Origin: Terriglobia bacterium
GTDB taxonomy: Bacteria > Acidobacteriota > Terriglobia > JAJPHL01 > JAPKYU01
Direction of reading: 5' to 3'
Assembly (NCBI GenBank): GCA_965206645.1
Contig: CBDBKE010000004.1
Span: forward strand, 448,001-512,000
Length of the DNA stretch: 64,000 bases
Shown here: positions 52,192 through 62,192 of the stretch, one piece after another
Position numbering within the stretch: position 1 is the stretch's first letter
Layout of the letters: each line of letters begins with the position of its first letter
Program-made: the position numbers and the translations under genes
Notes under the pieces: model-generated
What the model saw: only the letters and a program-made list of their open reading frames with translations
The model's database searches: none
What the model was told of the DNA's origin: nothing

Positions 52192-53298
52192 CTGCTCCTC
52201 ACCCGCCTGACGGTTTAGACGCCGTAGCGCTTCCCGTTTCATCCCCAGTTTCATCTGTGAGTACTTCTTGAACACCTTCGCATCACTTTGCCGCAGGAGC
52301 TGGGTCACCCACTCGTCTGCCACGCCTCCCGCGCTTAAACGGGTTGCATATGTCGAGCGCAGATCGTAGATCCGGAAGTACGGAACGCCCGCGCGTTCCA
52401 ACGTTGTGCGCCAGATCTTCTTGAAGCTCGCCTGGTAGCCGCGCTGATTCCGACCGCTCGGAAACAACCACGGCCCTGGTCCAGCAAGCCAGAGCTGGTC
52501 GCGGAAGGCCTCTACCGCCAAGTCCGTCAGTGGCACCTCCCCCACGCCGGTGGGGGTTTTCGAGTCAGGTATCCAGACCACTGCGTTTGCCAGGTCGACC
52601 TGGTCTTTCCGCATCGGTGCAAGCTCCTTGTAGACCCGTAATCCGGTTTCGGTGATGATCCGGATCAGGTTCCGCAAGTACGGAGGTGCGTGCAACTCAA
52701 TCCGCTGCTGTTCCGACCACGGCATGTAGTGCGGCCGAAACAACCCCTTGACCGTGACCGGGAACTCCGCTGAGTTGCAAGGGTTGGCCGCGATGAACTT
52801 CTTCTTCACCGCGACATTCAACACCCGGCGCAACACGCGAAACTCCTGGTGCACGGTCGCCGGCTTCAGCAGCCCGAGCTCCCGATACCCCAGCCGTGTC
52901 CTGACTCGCTTCTGTTGCCGAAGCCGCCAGCGCAAGTACCCCTCAACATCCTCGGCGCCGATGGCGGACAACATTTGCGGTCCGAACACGGGCTTGAGTT
53001 GCTTCACCGCGTTTTGGTTGGCTGCGTGCGTCTTCCTACTCCGCAAGGGCGGCTGGGAATAGTGCTCCAGGAAAAAGTCCGCCCACTCGTGAAACCTGAG
53101 TTGTTGGCCGCGCCGAACGAGCGCGAGCACGTTCTCATCGCGTGCCTGCAATCGTTCACGTAGCCGTGTTTGGGCTTCCTGCCAGTCACTTGTCTCTGTG
53201 GATTCGAGGCGCCGGGTGCCGTCTCGATCCCAGTACCGCATCCACCAGAAACGGCCGCGCCGGTACAGGACGCCGTCATGCTTTTTCGGTCGTGCCAT
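52141..53298 (-). CDS. int: tyrosine integrase of the right ICE
   Basis: Paralog of 50742-51869 with the same motifs. Confidence 0.92.
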   Translation of the reverse strand: MARPKKHDGVLYRRGRFWWMRYWDRDGTRRLESTETSDWQEAQTRLRERLQARDENVLALVRRGQQLRFHEWADFFLEHYSQPPLRSRKTHAANQNAVKQLKPVFGPQMLSAIGAEDVEGYLRWRLRQQKRVRTRLGYRELGLLKPATVHQEFRVLRRVLNVAVKKKFIAANPCNSAEFPVTVKGLFRPHYMPWSEQQRIELHAPPYLRNLIRIITETGLRVYKELAPMRKDQVDLANAVVWIPDSKTPTGVGEVPLTDLAVEAFRDQLWLAGPGPWLFPSGRNQRGYQASFKKIWRTTLERAGVPYFRIYDLRSTYATRLSAGGVADEWVTQLLRQSDAKVFKKYSQMKLGMKREALRRLNRQAGEEQGSDTLRAQKTGVLIQF

Positions 53299-53512
53299 TC
53301 ACCACCTCCTGTTGAAACGTGGCGCGAAAGGCCGAAAGCTCCGATCGTAAAAACCGGATGTTCCGGCCCATCACGCGGAGATGGGGAATCTGCCGCCGCT
53401 CGACCCAAGCATACACGGTCTGCGGACTCACGCCAAGAAACCGGGCAGCCTCCTTCACCGTCAACGGTACCTCGTGGGCCAAAGCCTGCATCACAACCGC
53501 CTCAACCAACAC
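53276..53512 (-). CDS. xis: excisionase-like HTH protein
   Basis: LTVKEAARFLGVSPQTVY. Start uncertain. Confidence 0.85.
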   Translation of the reverse strand: MLVEAVVMQALAHEVPLTVKEAARFLGVSPQTVYAWVERRQIPHLRVMGRNIRFLRSELSAFRATFQQEVVNGTTEKA

Positions 53513-53837
53513 ACCTATCGCAACGAGGACTCAGAGCACACCTGTTCCAATGTCCAACAGTGACCATCGCCACCCAACCCCGCCGTCGGCGAGCGCTTTG
53601 AGCACGCGCGTCTTGGCTTCTCCCGTGGCGCGCAGGGCAACCCCGGCGCTCATCGCCGGCGTCAACTCTCTTTTTCTACCAGTCATTGGTGCAGGGGTCC
53701 CGCACGGCTTCCCGGATCTTCTTCCTCGCCGCCCACGTCCTCGGGAAAGACGCCGTCTTGTTCGGCGATCCAGGCCGGGACTTCCAGCGTCTCCTCACCG
53801 CCCCGGCCGAGCTCCCGGTCGAAGTCCTCGATAGTCT

Positions 53838-54803
53838 TTATCCGTCATCGTGTTCCCTCCAGATCGGCTTGATGAGCCAGCGGTTCTGTGGCGCGTCGTA
53901 GCCCTGGACGAGCAGCGCTTCCTCCACGAAGCGACGTCCCTCTCGCCGTGTCATGTGAATCACCATAGCGATGCCGTCCACCACGCCCCGGCAGGTGACT
54001 TCCCAGGGAAGCTCCCCGCCGCCCTGCATGGCGCAACTGGCGATGCGCGACAAGGCCGATTCGGCGTTGTTGGCGTGTACGGTGGTGAGCGAGCCGCCGT
54101 GTCCGGTGTTCAAGGCTTGCAGCAGGTCGGCGGCCTCGCCGCCCCGGACCTCGCCCACCACGATGTGATCCGGGCGGTGCCGCAAGGCGTGGCGCACCAG
54201 GTCGCGGATCGTCACCGCGCCGGTTTCCAGGCCCCGAGCCTCGAAACGGACGCAATTAGAGCGCTCGATGCGAAGCTCCAGGGTGTCCTCGATGGCGACG
54301 ATGCGCTCGTCATCGGGTAGTAGTTCGATCAGCGCATTGAGCAGGGTGGTCTTGCCCGATCCGGTGCCGCCTGAAACCAGGATGTTGCGGCGCGAGTGCA
54401 ACACCCGCTCCGCTTCCGCTCGCACGTCTTCGGGGAGTGCGCCTTGCGTCACGAGATCATCCGCCGAGAACGCCCGCTTGCCAAAGCGCCGCATGGTGAT
54501 CGCCACCGTGGGGCTCGCGGGCGGAACACAGATGGCAACCCGCGATCCGTCGTCCAGGCGCGCATCGACAATCGGCGAGCTCGCCGGGTCCAAGCCCAAA
54601 GGACGGGCGATGTGGATGGCCGCCCGCAATAGGGCCGATTCGTCCAGGTCCGGCGCGTCATGTGCCGTCAACCGCCCGGCCCGCTCGACCCAGACATTGA
54701 ACGGCCCGTTAATCATGATCTCGCTGACTTCGGAATCTTCCAGGGCGCTTTCCAATCCCGGTAGAAACGGTTTCAGGTGTTCCAGTCCACTCGCGGCGCT
54801 CAT
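53838..54803 (-). CDS. virB11: VirB11/TrbB ATPase
   Basis: Near-identical to 49434-50399. Confidence 0.93.
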   Translation of the reverse strand: MSAASGLEHLKPFLPGLESALEDSEVSEIMINGPFNVWVERAGRLTAHDAPDLDESALLRAAIHIARPLGLDPASSPIVDARLDDGSRVAICVPPASPTVAITMRRFGKRAFSADDLVTQGALPEDVRAEAERVLHSRRNILVSGGTGSGKTTLLNALIELLPDDERIVAIEDTLELRIERSNCVRFEARGLETGAVTIRDLVRHALRHRPDHIVVGEVRGGEAADLLQALNTGHGGSLTTVHANNAESALSRIASCAMQGGGELPWEVTCRGVVDGIAMVIHMTRREGRRFVEEALLVQGYDAPQNRWLIKPIWREHDDG

Positions 54804-56911
54804 AATCTGCCCGCCTCCTTCGCTCTCCAATAGGAATAATCGAGGGGCAGATAGTGAGGCTTGAGGTAGACACGTCGCGGTTCAAGCGACTGCGACCCGT
54901 CATAGGGCAAACAGATCGCTTGACAGTTCGAGAGCAGCGCGAAATCTCGCGGGTGAAACACGGCCTCGCGTTGCTCCCGGAAAGACTTGGTAGCGCCGAT
55001 GCTGCCCCCGCCTCCACCGGCGCGGCCCGAGAGCGGGGAGACTTCCGCCCGCTTGGAGGTCTCGCTGATCGTGTAGGATTCCTTGATCTTCGCCACCTGC
55101 CCGCACATTTCGCTTGCAATCTTGGCGCTGGCGTCGTCGCTGAGAGACAGGAAAATCCGTGTGCGGAGCGTCTGCAACAGCGACCGCCAAGCTTCCGAGC
55201 TTCCCAACACGGAGCGCAGCGAGGAAATGGATTGAGTGGCGACAATCGGGATGCAGCGGCATTGCCGGGTCAGCGCAAAGGATTTTTCATCGCCCGATGG
55301 ATCGTCCTCACCCACCGAAGCGAAGGCTTGATATTCGTCACAGATAAAGACGGCGGGCCGGAAATAGACCCCCGGCGACTCCTTCATCTTGGTCGGGCGC
55401 ATGAGAAGCGCCTGTAGCCAGGCGTTTTTGAGCATCACGCCCACGGCGCGGGCCAGCGCCGGGTTCGATCCGGCGGGCATGTTCAAGGCCAGCACCTTGC
55501 CCCTTTCGATCAATTCATAGAGCGGGGGAAGGTGTCGCGGCCCGGCGATTCGTTCCTCTTCGACGGAAGGAATCGACGTGGGCGCGGCCTCCGGCTCCTT
55601 ATTCGGCTCCCGGGCTTCTTCCCCGGCCCGCTTCGCGGCCCTGGCCTGAATTGCAATGGCTTGTGGATCGTCGGGGATTTCCGGCGCATCCGGACAAAAC
55701 ACCTTCGCCACATCCGGCATATCGAACATGGCAAGGAATACCGAAACCCCCTCCACAATCGAGGACTTCACTTTGTTGTCCAGCGTTTGCCAGTCGTTGA
55801 CAAACCAGCGCTTCACCGCCTCCACCCGTTCTCTCACTTCGTCTCCGGGTCCAGGGTCCCAAACCACCCGGTAGGTCAGCTTGAGCTCGTCCAGTTTGTT
55901 GAGCATGGGGCGGGAGTAGGCGGCCCGCACTTCTTCCGTTCCCGGTATGTCTTTCCATAGCCATTCAGCCAAGGTCATGATGTGGGCTTGGTATACGACC
56001 TCCGGAATGAAAACCGTGCCTTTGTTCAACTCGTTGCTCCACGCTTCGGCTTGCTCGATCTTGGCTGCGAAAAGGTCCGGGTCGATGGCGCAGCGGTAGA
56101 CCTGCTGCAACGTCACCCACCGCTCCGGGAAGATCCGGTGAAGCTCGATGATCCAGCGGACCAGATTGGTATAGGCTTGCTGCCAGAAGGGTTCCTTGCC
56201 CTTGCCGAATAGCTGGTTGAGAAGGCTGGAAACGGTGTAGGCCAGCGAGTAGGAATCGAGCCACCAGGCCGAGAGCGGGTTCCATTGCCAGCGCCCATTC
56301 ATCCCCAGCTCGATGTAGTCTTTTCCCCGGCCCGTCTCGATCAGGATTCGCCGGATATCGTGACAGAAATCTCCCTTGACTTCGAGCATGAGCGCTGCCG
56401 CCCGCATCTGTGGATTCCCTGCTTGCCAGCCGAGAAGCTGCTTGGCGAAAGGGTGCATACAAGCCGAAGTCTTGCCGGACCCGACGGCCCCGAAGATCGC
56501 CACGCCGGTATACAGGCCACGCTCCGGGATGGTGAGCCAGGAGGGATTGAAAATCTCCCGCGCCTCGACCGGGTGATGAACCTCCCCGATCACGATGGCC
56601 GGGGACTTTTGTTGGGGTGAAAGCGGCCAGGTTGGAAGGGCGCCGAAGGGTGCAAAATCCCGCCGCCGCGCTTCCAGCCAGACCTTCCAAACGGACATGA
56701 GAATGAGCCCCGCGAGCATGACGGCGAAGAAAGGCGAAGCGTAGTACCAGAGCATCACCCAGCCGTAGAAGTTCGGGGTGTGGTAGTCCATGAGATCGAG
56801 CAAGGGACTATCCCCAAGCATGGGGAAGGGACGGCGGACAAAGCTCCACAGGGCGTACCCCAGACCGCCGAAAAACAGAAGGATGTGAGGAATGAAGCGC
56901 CGCCATTTCAT
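54800..56911 (-). CDS. virD4: VirD4/TraD-like coupling protein
   Basis: Same length and motifs as 47326-49437. Confidence 0.85.
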   Translation of the reverse strand: MKWRRFIPHILLFFGGLGYALWSFVRRPFPMLGDSPLLDLMDYHTPNFYGWVMLWYYASPFFAVMLAGLILMSVWKVWLEARRRDFAPFGALPTWPLSPQQKSPAIVIGEVHHPVEAREIFNPSWLTIPERGLYTGVAIFGAVGSGKTSACMHPFAKQLLGWQAGNPQMRAAALMLEVKGDFCHDIRRILIETGRGKDYIELGMNGRWQWNPLSAWWLDSYSLAYTVSSLLNQLFGKGKEPFWQQAYTNLVRWIIELHRIFPERWVTLQQVYRCAIDPDLFAAKIEQAEAWSNELNKGTVFIPEVVYQAHIMTLAEWLWKDIPGTEEVRAAYSRPMLNKLDELKLTYRVVWDPGPGDEVRERVEAVKRWFVNDWQTLDNKVKSSIVEGVSVFLAMFDMPDVAKVFCPDAPEIPDDPQAIAIQARAAKRAGEEAREPNKEPEAAPTSIPSVEEERIAGPRHLPPLYELIERGKVLALNMPAGSNPALARAVGVMLKNAWLQALLMRPTKMKESPGVYFRPAVFICDEYQAFASVGEDDPSGDEKSFALTRQCRCIPIVATQSISSLRSVLGSSEAWRSLLQTLRTRIFLSLSDDASAKIASEMCGQVAKIKESYTISETSKRAEVSPLSGRAGGGGGSIGATKSFREQREAVFHPRDFALLSNCQAICLPYDGSQSLEPRRVYLKPHYLPLDYSYWRAKEAGRL

Positions 56912-57292
56912 AGAGTCCGTTTCCCTTCTTTCATCGCCCCGGCTGGGGGCGCTCTTCCGAGCCTTCCCGCAGGGATAAATGAGGACGATAGCGACCCTCA
57001 TGGGGGGGCAGGAACGGTGTGCCGCAACGCACCGCTGCTGGGGCCACATGATCCCCCACTTTTCGGGGGGGTCGCTATCGTCCTCCCCGATTTTCCTGGA
57101 TCGGCGCGGGTGAGGCCGCTCGACAGGTGATAACCACAGCGGAATGAGGGAGATGGGAGAATGTAGTTTTGCCGCATCTCTTGGCTGAATTTTGCCGTAC
57201 CCTCCCTCTGTGACTGCGGCACCCTGGATAGGGCGTTGCGGCATGAAAAAAACCTTCAATTTCCTCTCTCCGTTCCGGCCTTCGTGCTGCTT
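56912..57292 (-). promoter_or_regulatory. origin-like structured intergenic region, copy 2
   Basis: 17-bp IR 56981-56997 / 57069-57085; four TGCCG boxes; CTCATTCCGCTGT. Confidence 0.6.
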
Positions 57293-58234
57293 TCATCCGG
57301 TTTCCTCCAGGACCGCAAACCGGGCGGCCCGCCACGTCGAGTAGTCGTCAATCGAGACCCCTTCCGTCAGCTTCGCTTCGGGGAGACGTTGAAGCTCCAC
57401 CGACCGTCTTCCGGCTGCCGCGAATCCCCCATACTGCGCCAGAAATTCCCGGTCCTTGTGAGTCATCGCGTCGTCAATCGCCTTGATTTCCTGCCGCACC
57501 GTCCACCCTTCCCCGGTCTCCTTCGGGGCGGTCGCGGCCCACACCCGGAGCACCCGCGCCGTCCGATCCACGGTTTCATTCTCCGCTGCGATCCCGATCA
57601 CCCGGACCTGTCGGCCTTTCTTACGCAGCGCATCCCAAAGCCGCCCATGCGCGGCTCCCCAGGAGTGCAACTCCCGATCCGTTTGGTGGCCCGGATCGAC
57701 GTAGGCGAAGGTGACGGTTTCGGGGTCCGCCGCAATAGGAAGTTTGAGCGCAAAGTAGCGTTTCTGCGCTCCCACAGCACCGTAGTAAATCCGTCGCGGG
57801 ATCAGTCGCCGCGAGAGGCCGAGCTTTTCAAAGAACGCAACCTTCTCCGACTCGGCGGGGAGCCAGTTCATGCCCGGATGTTCCAATACGAAATCGAGCG
57901 AGAGAAGGCGGCGCATCACCACCGGCGGGCGGGCTTTGCGACGGTGGCGGATGTTCTCGACCCCCAGCGCCCGGTAGATCGGCTTGCTCGATATCCGGCA
58001 CGGCCTCGCCCCCCCGGAGAACATCAAGTTTTCATTCTCTACCGCTGCCCGCCGTACAACCAACGCTTGGACGAAGCGGTGCGCCCGCTTGCTCTCCGCA
58101 TCAAAGTAGAAACAGAACTGCGGGCGAGTGAAGACGCCGCTGTGAAGGCACACCAGCGCGATCCACTCCGCTTCCCGGCCCGTCCAACCGAATTGTTCCA
58201 GTGCTGTTTCCCTTCCCCGCAAGTGCTCGATCAT
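57293..58234 (-). CDS. conserved hypothetical wHTH-like protein
   Basis: Homolog of 46022-46966. Confidence 0.7.
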   Translation of the reverse strand: MIEHLRGRETALEQFGWTGREAEWIALVCLHSGVFTRPQFCFYFDAESKRAHRFVQALVVRRAAVENENLMFSGGARPCRISSKPIYRALGVENIRHRRKARPPVVMRRLLSLDFVLEHPGMNWLPAESEKVAFFEKLGLSRRLIPRRIYYGAVGAQKRYFALKLPIAADPETVTFAYVDPGHQTDRELHSWGAAHGRLWDALRKKGRQVRVIGIAAENETVDRTARVLRVWAATAPKETGEGWTVRQEIKAIDDAMTHKDREFLAQYGGFAAAGRRSVELQRLPEAKLTEGVSIDDYSTWRAARFAVLEETG

Positions 58235-58908
58235 TGGTCGCCTGTGACTATCGCCCGATCCCCTTGCAGATAGCTGATAACGATCCCCATAGGGTTGTGG
58301 ACGATCAGGTCCGGGGGGATCTCATCGAGGAACAGGAATTGCAGCGAGAGGGTCCAGCGTTCCCGGCTTACTTCGTTTGCCATCGCCATCCGCACCAGGT
58401 CAAAATCGGCCGTCGCGCTGTACGGCTCCTGGGGATTGGCCTGAATCCGCAAAACGACGCGATCCACTTGCAGTTCATCCTTTGCCGCTCCTGCCGCGAG
58501 AAGAGCGATATTTTGACTCTCGGCGCGAAACGAGGCGTTGGCGAGCTCCGTGGTCAGGAAGCGCAGACTGCGGGACCAGTTCTCTTCGACCGTGGCCCGC
58601 CGCCGCGAGTAGAAGTCGTAAATGAAGCGATTGAGAAAGTATTTGGTGGTGGGGTCCAGCGGATCGGCCTGGGCCTCCATCGCTTCATAGGCGATGGCCT
58701 CGGCCCGGCCTACTTCATCGACCCTCACGACGATGGGGCGGGGCGGATCGACCGACACAATGCGAATGACGACGATGATGAGCAAGAGCAAGCCGATTCC
58801 CAACCCGACGGAGATCACCCGTAGATGACGGTTGGAGTGGATGGCCTCGCCCCATATTTCGGCGTACTCGGCTCCGGCGTCTTTGGCCTTGGTTCCGGGT
58901 TCGCTCAT
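58231..58908 (-). CDS. virB8: VirB8/TrbF
   Basis: Near-identical to 45348-46025. Confidence 0.85.
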   Translation of the reverse strand: MSEPGTKAKDAGAEYAEIWGEAIHSNRHLRVISVGLGIGLLLLIIVVIRIVSVDPPRPIVVRVDEVGRAEAIAYEAMEAQADPLDPTTKYFLNRFIYDFYSRRRATVEENWSRSLRFLTTELANASFRAESQNIALLAAGAAKDELQVDRVVLRIQANPQEPYSATADFDLVRMAMANEVSRERWTLSLQFLFLDEIPPDLIVHNPMGIVISYLQGDRAIVTGDQ

Positions 58909-59903
58909 TTAATTCCTCCCGCGCCCGCCTTTGCCGCCGCCGCGCCCCCGGTGGCCGCAACCGTTCCCGCCGTGGTCGCCATTCCCATGAGGCCGCTCCC
59001 CGCCGCTCCTGTGCTGGTAACGAGCATCGAGGCAAGCTCTCCGCACTTGAGGCTTGCCAGCATCCCGGCGACAAACAAGGGCACGACGGCGATCATCCAC
59101 AAGCCCACGTCTATGAAGCTCTGCATGTCCAGGTTGGCATTCCCCAAGCTCGTGATGTAGGAGATTCCGACAGCGGAGAAGACCCGGAGCACCGCTCCGG
59201 CGATCACGGCATAAAGCGAGTAGGTAATCATCGCCCGGAACCATCCCCAGAACAGAAACGACAGCGGCTCGAACACCAGAAACGGAATGAAGATCGGCCC
59301 CAAGATGATGAGAATGGCAAGCGCGATTTGAGCCCAGATGACTTGAGCGTAGGTGACGGCGGCCAACAGAAGGAGCATAAGGACTACGAACACAAACATT
59401 GCAAACCCCGCAACCGCCGTTATCGCGGCATGAATCCCGCCGGTGAGTAGGCCGAGCGTGTTCCCCGCTTGCGCCTGGGCCGCCTGGTTCGCCGCGAGGG
59501 AGCGAATGAGGTTGCCAAGCTCGGTCTGCATCGAATAGACGGCATCGCCGATCAGCAGTTCGTGAAGCCAATTTCCACCCGCCGCAATCATCCCTGGGAA
59601 GGTGAAAGCCATGCCCGGAATGGTGGTGGTGTAGAACTGCAACATCACCCACGGTATCCACAACCCAATGACGACCCGAATCAGTTCCCACGGCTGAATG
59701 TTCCCGCTAAAGGCGATCTTCAGCCCGTTCAACACCACAACGATGAGCGCCAGACCCCCGAAGAGCGCGTTTCCGGTGGTGAAAACCTCCCCGCCCGCCG
59801 CCGTCGTCAGTCCATCCAGAGCGACATCGAGGAACGATTTGAAGTCCCTCAGTTGTTCCGGGGAAAGGTTGGCCGGGATGTTGGGATCGAGTTGAATCTG
59901 CAT
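58905..59903 (-). CDS. virB6: VirB6/TrbL
   Basis: Near-identical to 44353-45351. Confidence 0.85.
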   Translation of the reverse strand: MQIQLDPNIPANLSPEQLRDFKSFLDVALDGLTTAAGGEVFTTGNALFGGLALIVVVLNGLKIAFSGNIQPWELIRVVIGLWIPWVMLQFYTTTIPGMAFTFPGMIAAGGNWLHELLIGDAVYSMQTELGNLIRSLAANQAAQAQAGNTLGLLTGGIHAAITAVAGFAMFVFVVLMLLLLAAVTYAQVIWAQIALAILIILGPIFIPFLVFEPLSFLFWGWFRAMITYSLYAVIAGAVLRVFSAVGISYITSLGNANLDMQSFIDVGLWMIAVVPLFVAGMLASLKCGELASMLVTSTGAAGSGLMGMATTAGTVAATGGAAAAKAGAGGIK

Positions 59904-59915
59904 CGGCGAAATGGA

Positions 59916-60830
59916 TTACTGGCCGTTCCCGCCGTAGGCCGGGTGAATCCGAAAGAGCAACCCTTCGCGCATGGAATCGCGGCGGGCATCGAGCCCGGCC
60001 TGTTGCGCCGCGAAGGTGATCTCGGCGCGGCGCTGCGTCTCGATCCATCGAGTCAGCGCCTCCCGCCGAGCAATCTCGCGTTCGTAATCCTCTGCCGCCT
60101 CCTTCGCCGCCTGGAATGCCATCAACTGCGCCATAGCAGCGGTGAGGTTTCCTTGCGTCACCGTCCCGGCCACTTGTGATTGAGCAAGGGCGGTGTTGGA
60201 AGTATTGGTGTTGTTTCGTAGTCCTTCGTAGGACTCCACGGCGTCTCGCGCCGCAATCATGAGATTCGCCGCCGCGTCGCTCATTGCGTGATCGAGCACC
60301 AGGCGCTTGTCGCCTTCCTCCCGCGCCGCGAGGTAGCCGCTGGCCGCCTGCGCCGCGATCTCCGGGCGATAGTCCCCGTACAGAGTGAGGATGTCGCTCT
60401 CGGTCACCGTGTCGGCGGCGGTGAGCCGCCCGCGCCAGGATTGGGCAAAGCTCTTGCCGGTTTCGCCCATCTGTTCGACTGACGACGCAAGCTCCGCCGC
60501 CACGCCGGTAAAGTCGCTTTTCCACGATAGGCCCACGCCGATAAACTGCGCCGGTGCGGATGCCAATTCAGTGAACGGATCGGTCAGCGCTCCCACGGCT
60601 CCAAGCGCTTGCTCTTTCAGGTGCGACGCCTGATCTATCATCTGGGTGAGTTGGCCGTCAAACGTGATCTTCGCCATGGTGTCTTTGTAGATTTGGATGC
60701 CCTGATTGATGATCATCTGCGCCCGTTGAATGCCCGCCAGGATTGAGCCGAAGATGGCGTAGGCGGGCGTGGTGCTCAGGACGATAAAGAGTGGGATAAC
60801 AACTACTGCGGTCAAGATTCGGTGTTTCAT
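59916..60830 (-). CDS. VirB5/TrbJ-like secreted protein
   Basis: Homolog of 43426-44340. Confidence 0.6.
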   Translation of the reverse strand: MKHRILTAVVVIPLFIVLSTTPAYAIFGSILAGIQRAQMIINQGIQIYKDTMAKITFDGQLTQMIDQASHLKEQALGAVGALTDPFTELASAPAQFIGVGLSWKSDFTGVAAELASSVEQMGETGKSFAQSWRGRLTAADTVTESDILTLYGDYRPEIAAQAASGYLAAREEGDKRLVLDHAMSDAAANLMIAARDAVESYEGLRNNTNTSNTALAQSQVAGTVTQGNLTAAMAQLMAFQAAKEAAEDYEREIARREALTRWIETQRRAEITFAAQQAGLDARRDSMREGLLFRIHPAYGGNGQ

Positions 60831-60833
60831 TTT

Positions 60834-62192
60834 TCAGTCTCCTTTTGTGGGCCGGGGCACCAGCACGTCGGAAGTGAACCAGACGCGAAGCCGATGCCCG
60901 GCGCGAATGGTGATGGTGGGTAAACGATTCAAGAACCGCTGCAAGATTTGGGTGGCGCTTTGTCCGAGTCCCTGCCCGGCACCGGCCCGGAAGCCCGCCA
61001 CGCCGCCCTCGTAAGGGTTGCCGCCTTGCGCCGTGAGTCCGGCCAGGATGCCGACCGCCCCGACAGCGGCGAACATGGAAAAGTAGTGTCGGTTGACTTG
61101 ATCTTTCAGGGCTCCCTCGCCGACTTGATTGAGCCCATGAAATTCGAGCGACACCCAACGCCCGTCGGGGTAGATCAAGCGGTGGAAACTCACGGCGAGT
61201 CGGGCTTGGTCCTGATTGGATACGGCCTGAGCCGTGCCAATGACCCGCGTACCTCGCGGCACCAAGATGCGCTGCCGGTCTGCCGAATAAAAAGGCACCG
61301 AAACCACGGCCAGGACCGGGCCGGGAAAGTCACCGGAAAGCTGAGTGACCAGCGCCGCTTCTAAAAACGAGCCTTCATGGATGCGCTCCCAACCGGGGGG
61401 ATCATCCGGCCCGTCAAGCCGGGCCGGAGAAGAGTAATCCCGCGCCGGTGGGGGGCCCGCTGACGCCGTGGGAACGGCGGGCGTGGCCGCAGCGGTTGGT
61501 GTCCCTCTGAGTGCTTCGATAAACGCTCGGTCCGCCTGGGCCTCCGCCGCTACTTCATCTTGGAGGCCGGTCGTGACCGTCCCAATCGTGTCGAGGGCCT
61601 GTTCGAGCGCCGCCGCCCCTTCCGCTCTCATGGCATCGACCGGGCTTGCGGTTTCGGCCCCCTGCCCCTCGGACGACGCCCCCTCCCTGCCGTCCAGTTG
61701 CCGGTAGGTCTGTGCGACCGGCGAACTGCGAAGCGACCGGCTGCGCCGCTCGAGGGCTTCCAGCCGCAAGCGTTCCCGGAGTTCCCATTCTTCCTCGGTA
61801 TAGGGTTGCCCGGTGTCGGGACTCGGCCCGGCCAGGAGCATCGCTTCATCGACACTCACCCGCCCCGCGCCGATCCCGCCTCCGCTGGCCCCCTGTTGTC
61901 GTTGCTGCCGTCCCTGCTGCTGCAAAGCCCGCTCCGCCGCTTGTCGGCGCGTCTCCGCTCGAAGCGACTCCGCTTCGACCTGCGCGGCCATCTGATCGGC
62001 GAAGCTCCGGGGCGCGGTCTGCTCTGTGGCCGTCTCGGTCGCAAGCCCTGCTTCCTCACCGCCTCCGAAATAAATCCAGTACGTCAGAAACACGAGGACC
62101 AGAATGGTGATGATCCCGACGCCCCATTGAGTGACGATGCCGCCCGGCAGCGATCCCGCCGGTTTGGGGTACAGCCGCCGCCAGCCGATCAC
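60834..62192 (-). CDS. virB10: VirB10/TrbI
   Basis: Homolog of 42077-43429. Confidence 0.9.
   Translation of the reverse strand: MIGWRRLYPKPAGSLPGGIVTQWGVGIITILVLVFLTYWIYFGGGEEAGLATETATEQTAPRSFADQMAAQVEAESLRAETRRQAAERALQQQGRQQRQQGASGGGIGAGRVSVDEAMLLAGPSPDTGQPYTEEEWELRERLRLEALERRSRSLRSSPVAQTYRQLDGREGASSEGQGAETASPVDAMRAEGAAALEQALDTIGTVTTGLQDEVAAEAQADRAFIEALRGTPTAAATPAVPTASAGPPPARDYSSPARLDGPDDPPGWERIHEGSFLEAALVTQLSGDFPGPVLAVVSVPFYSADRQRILVPRGTRVIGTAQAVSNQDQARLAVSFHRLIYPDGRWVSLEFHGLNQVGEGALKDQVNRHYFSMFAAVGAVGILAGLTAQGGNPYEGGVAGFRAGAGQGLGQSATQILQRFLNRLPTITIRAGHRLRVWFTSDVLVPRPTKGD

Noticed and set aside
54800-57259. 819-aa extended VirD4 ORF
   Set aside because: The extension crosses the intergenic structure; the sister copy starts at MKWRR with an RBS, so the true start is 56911.
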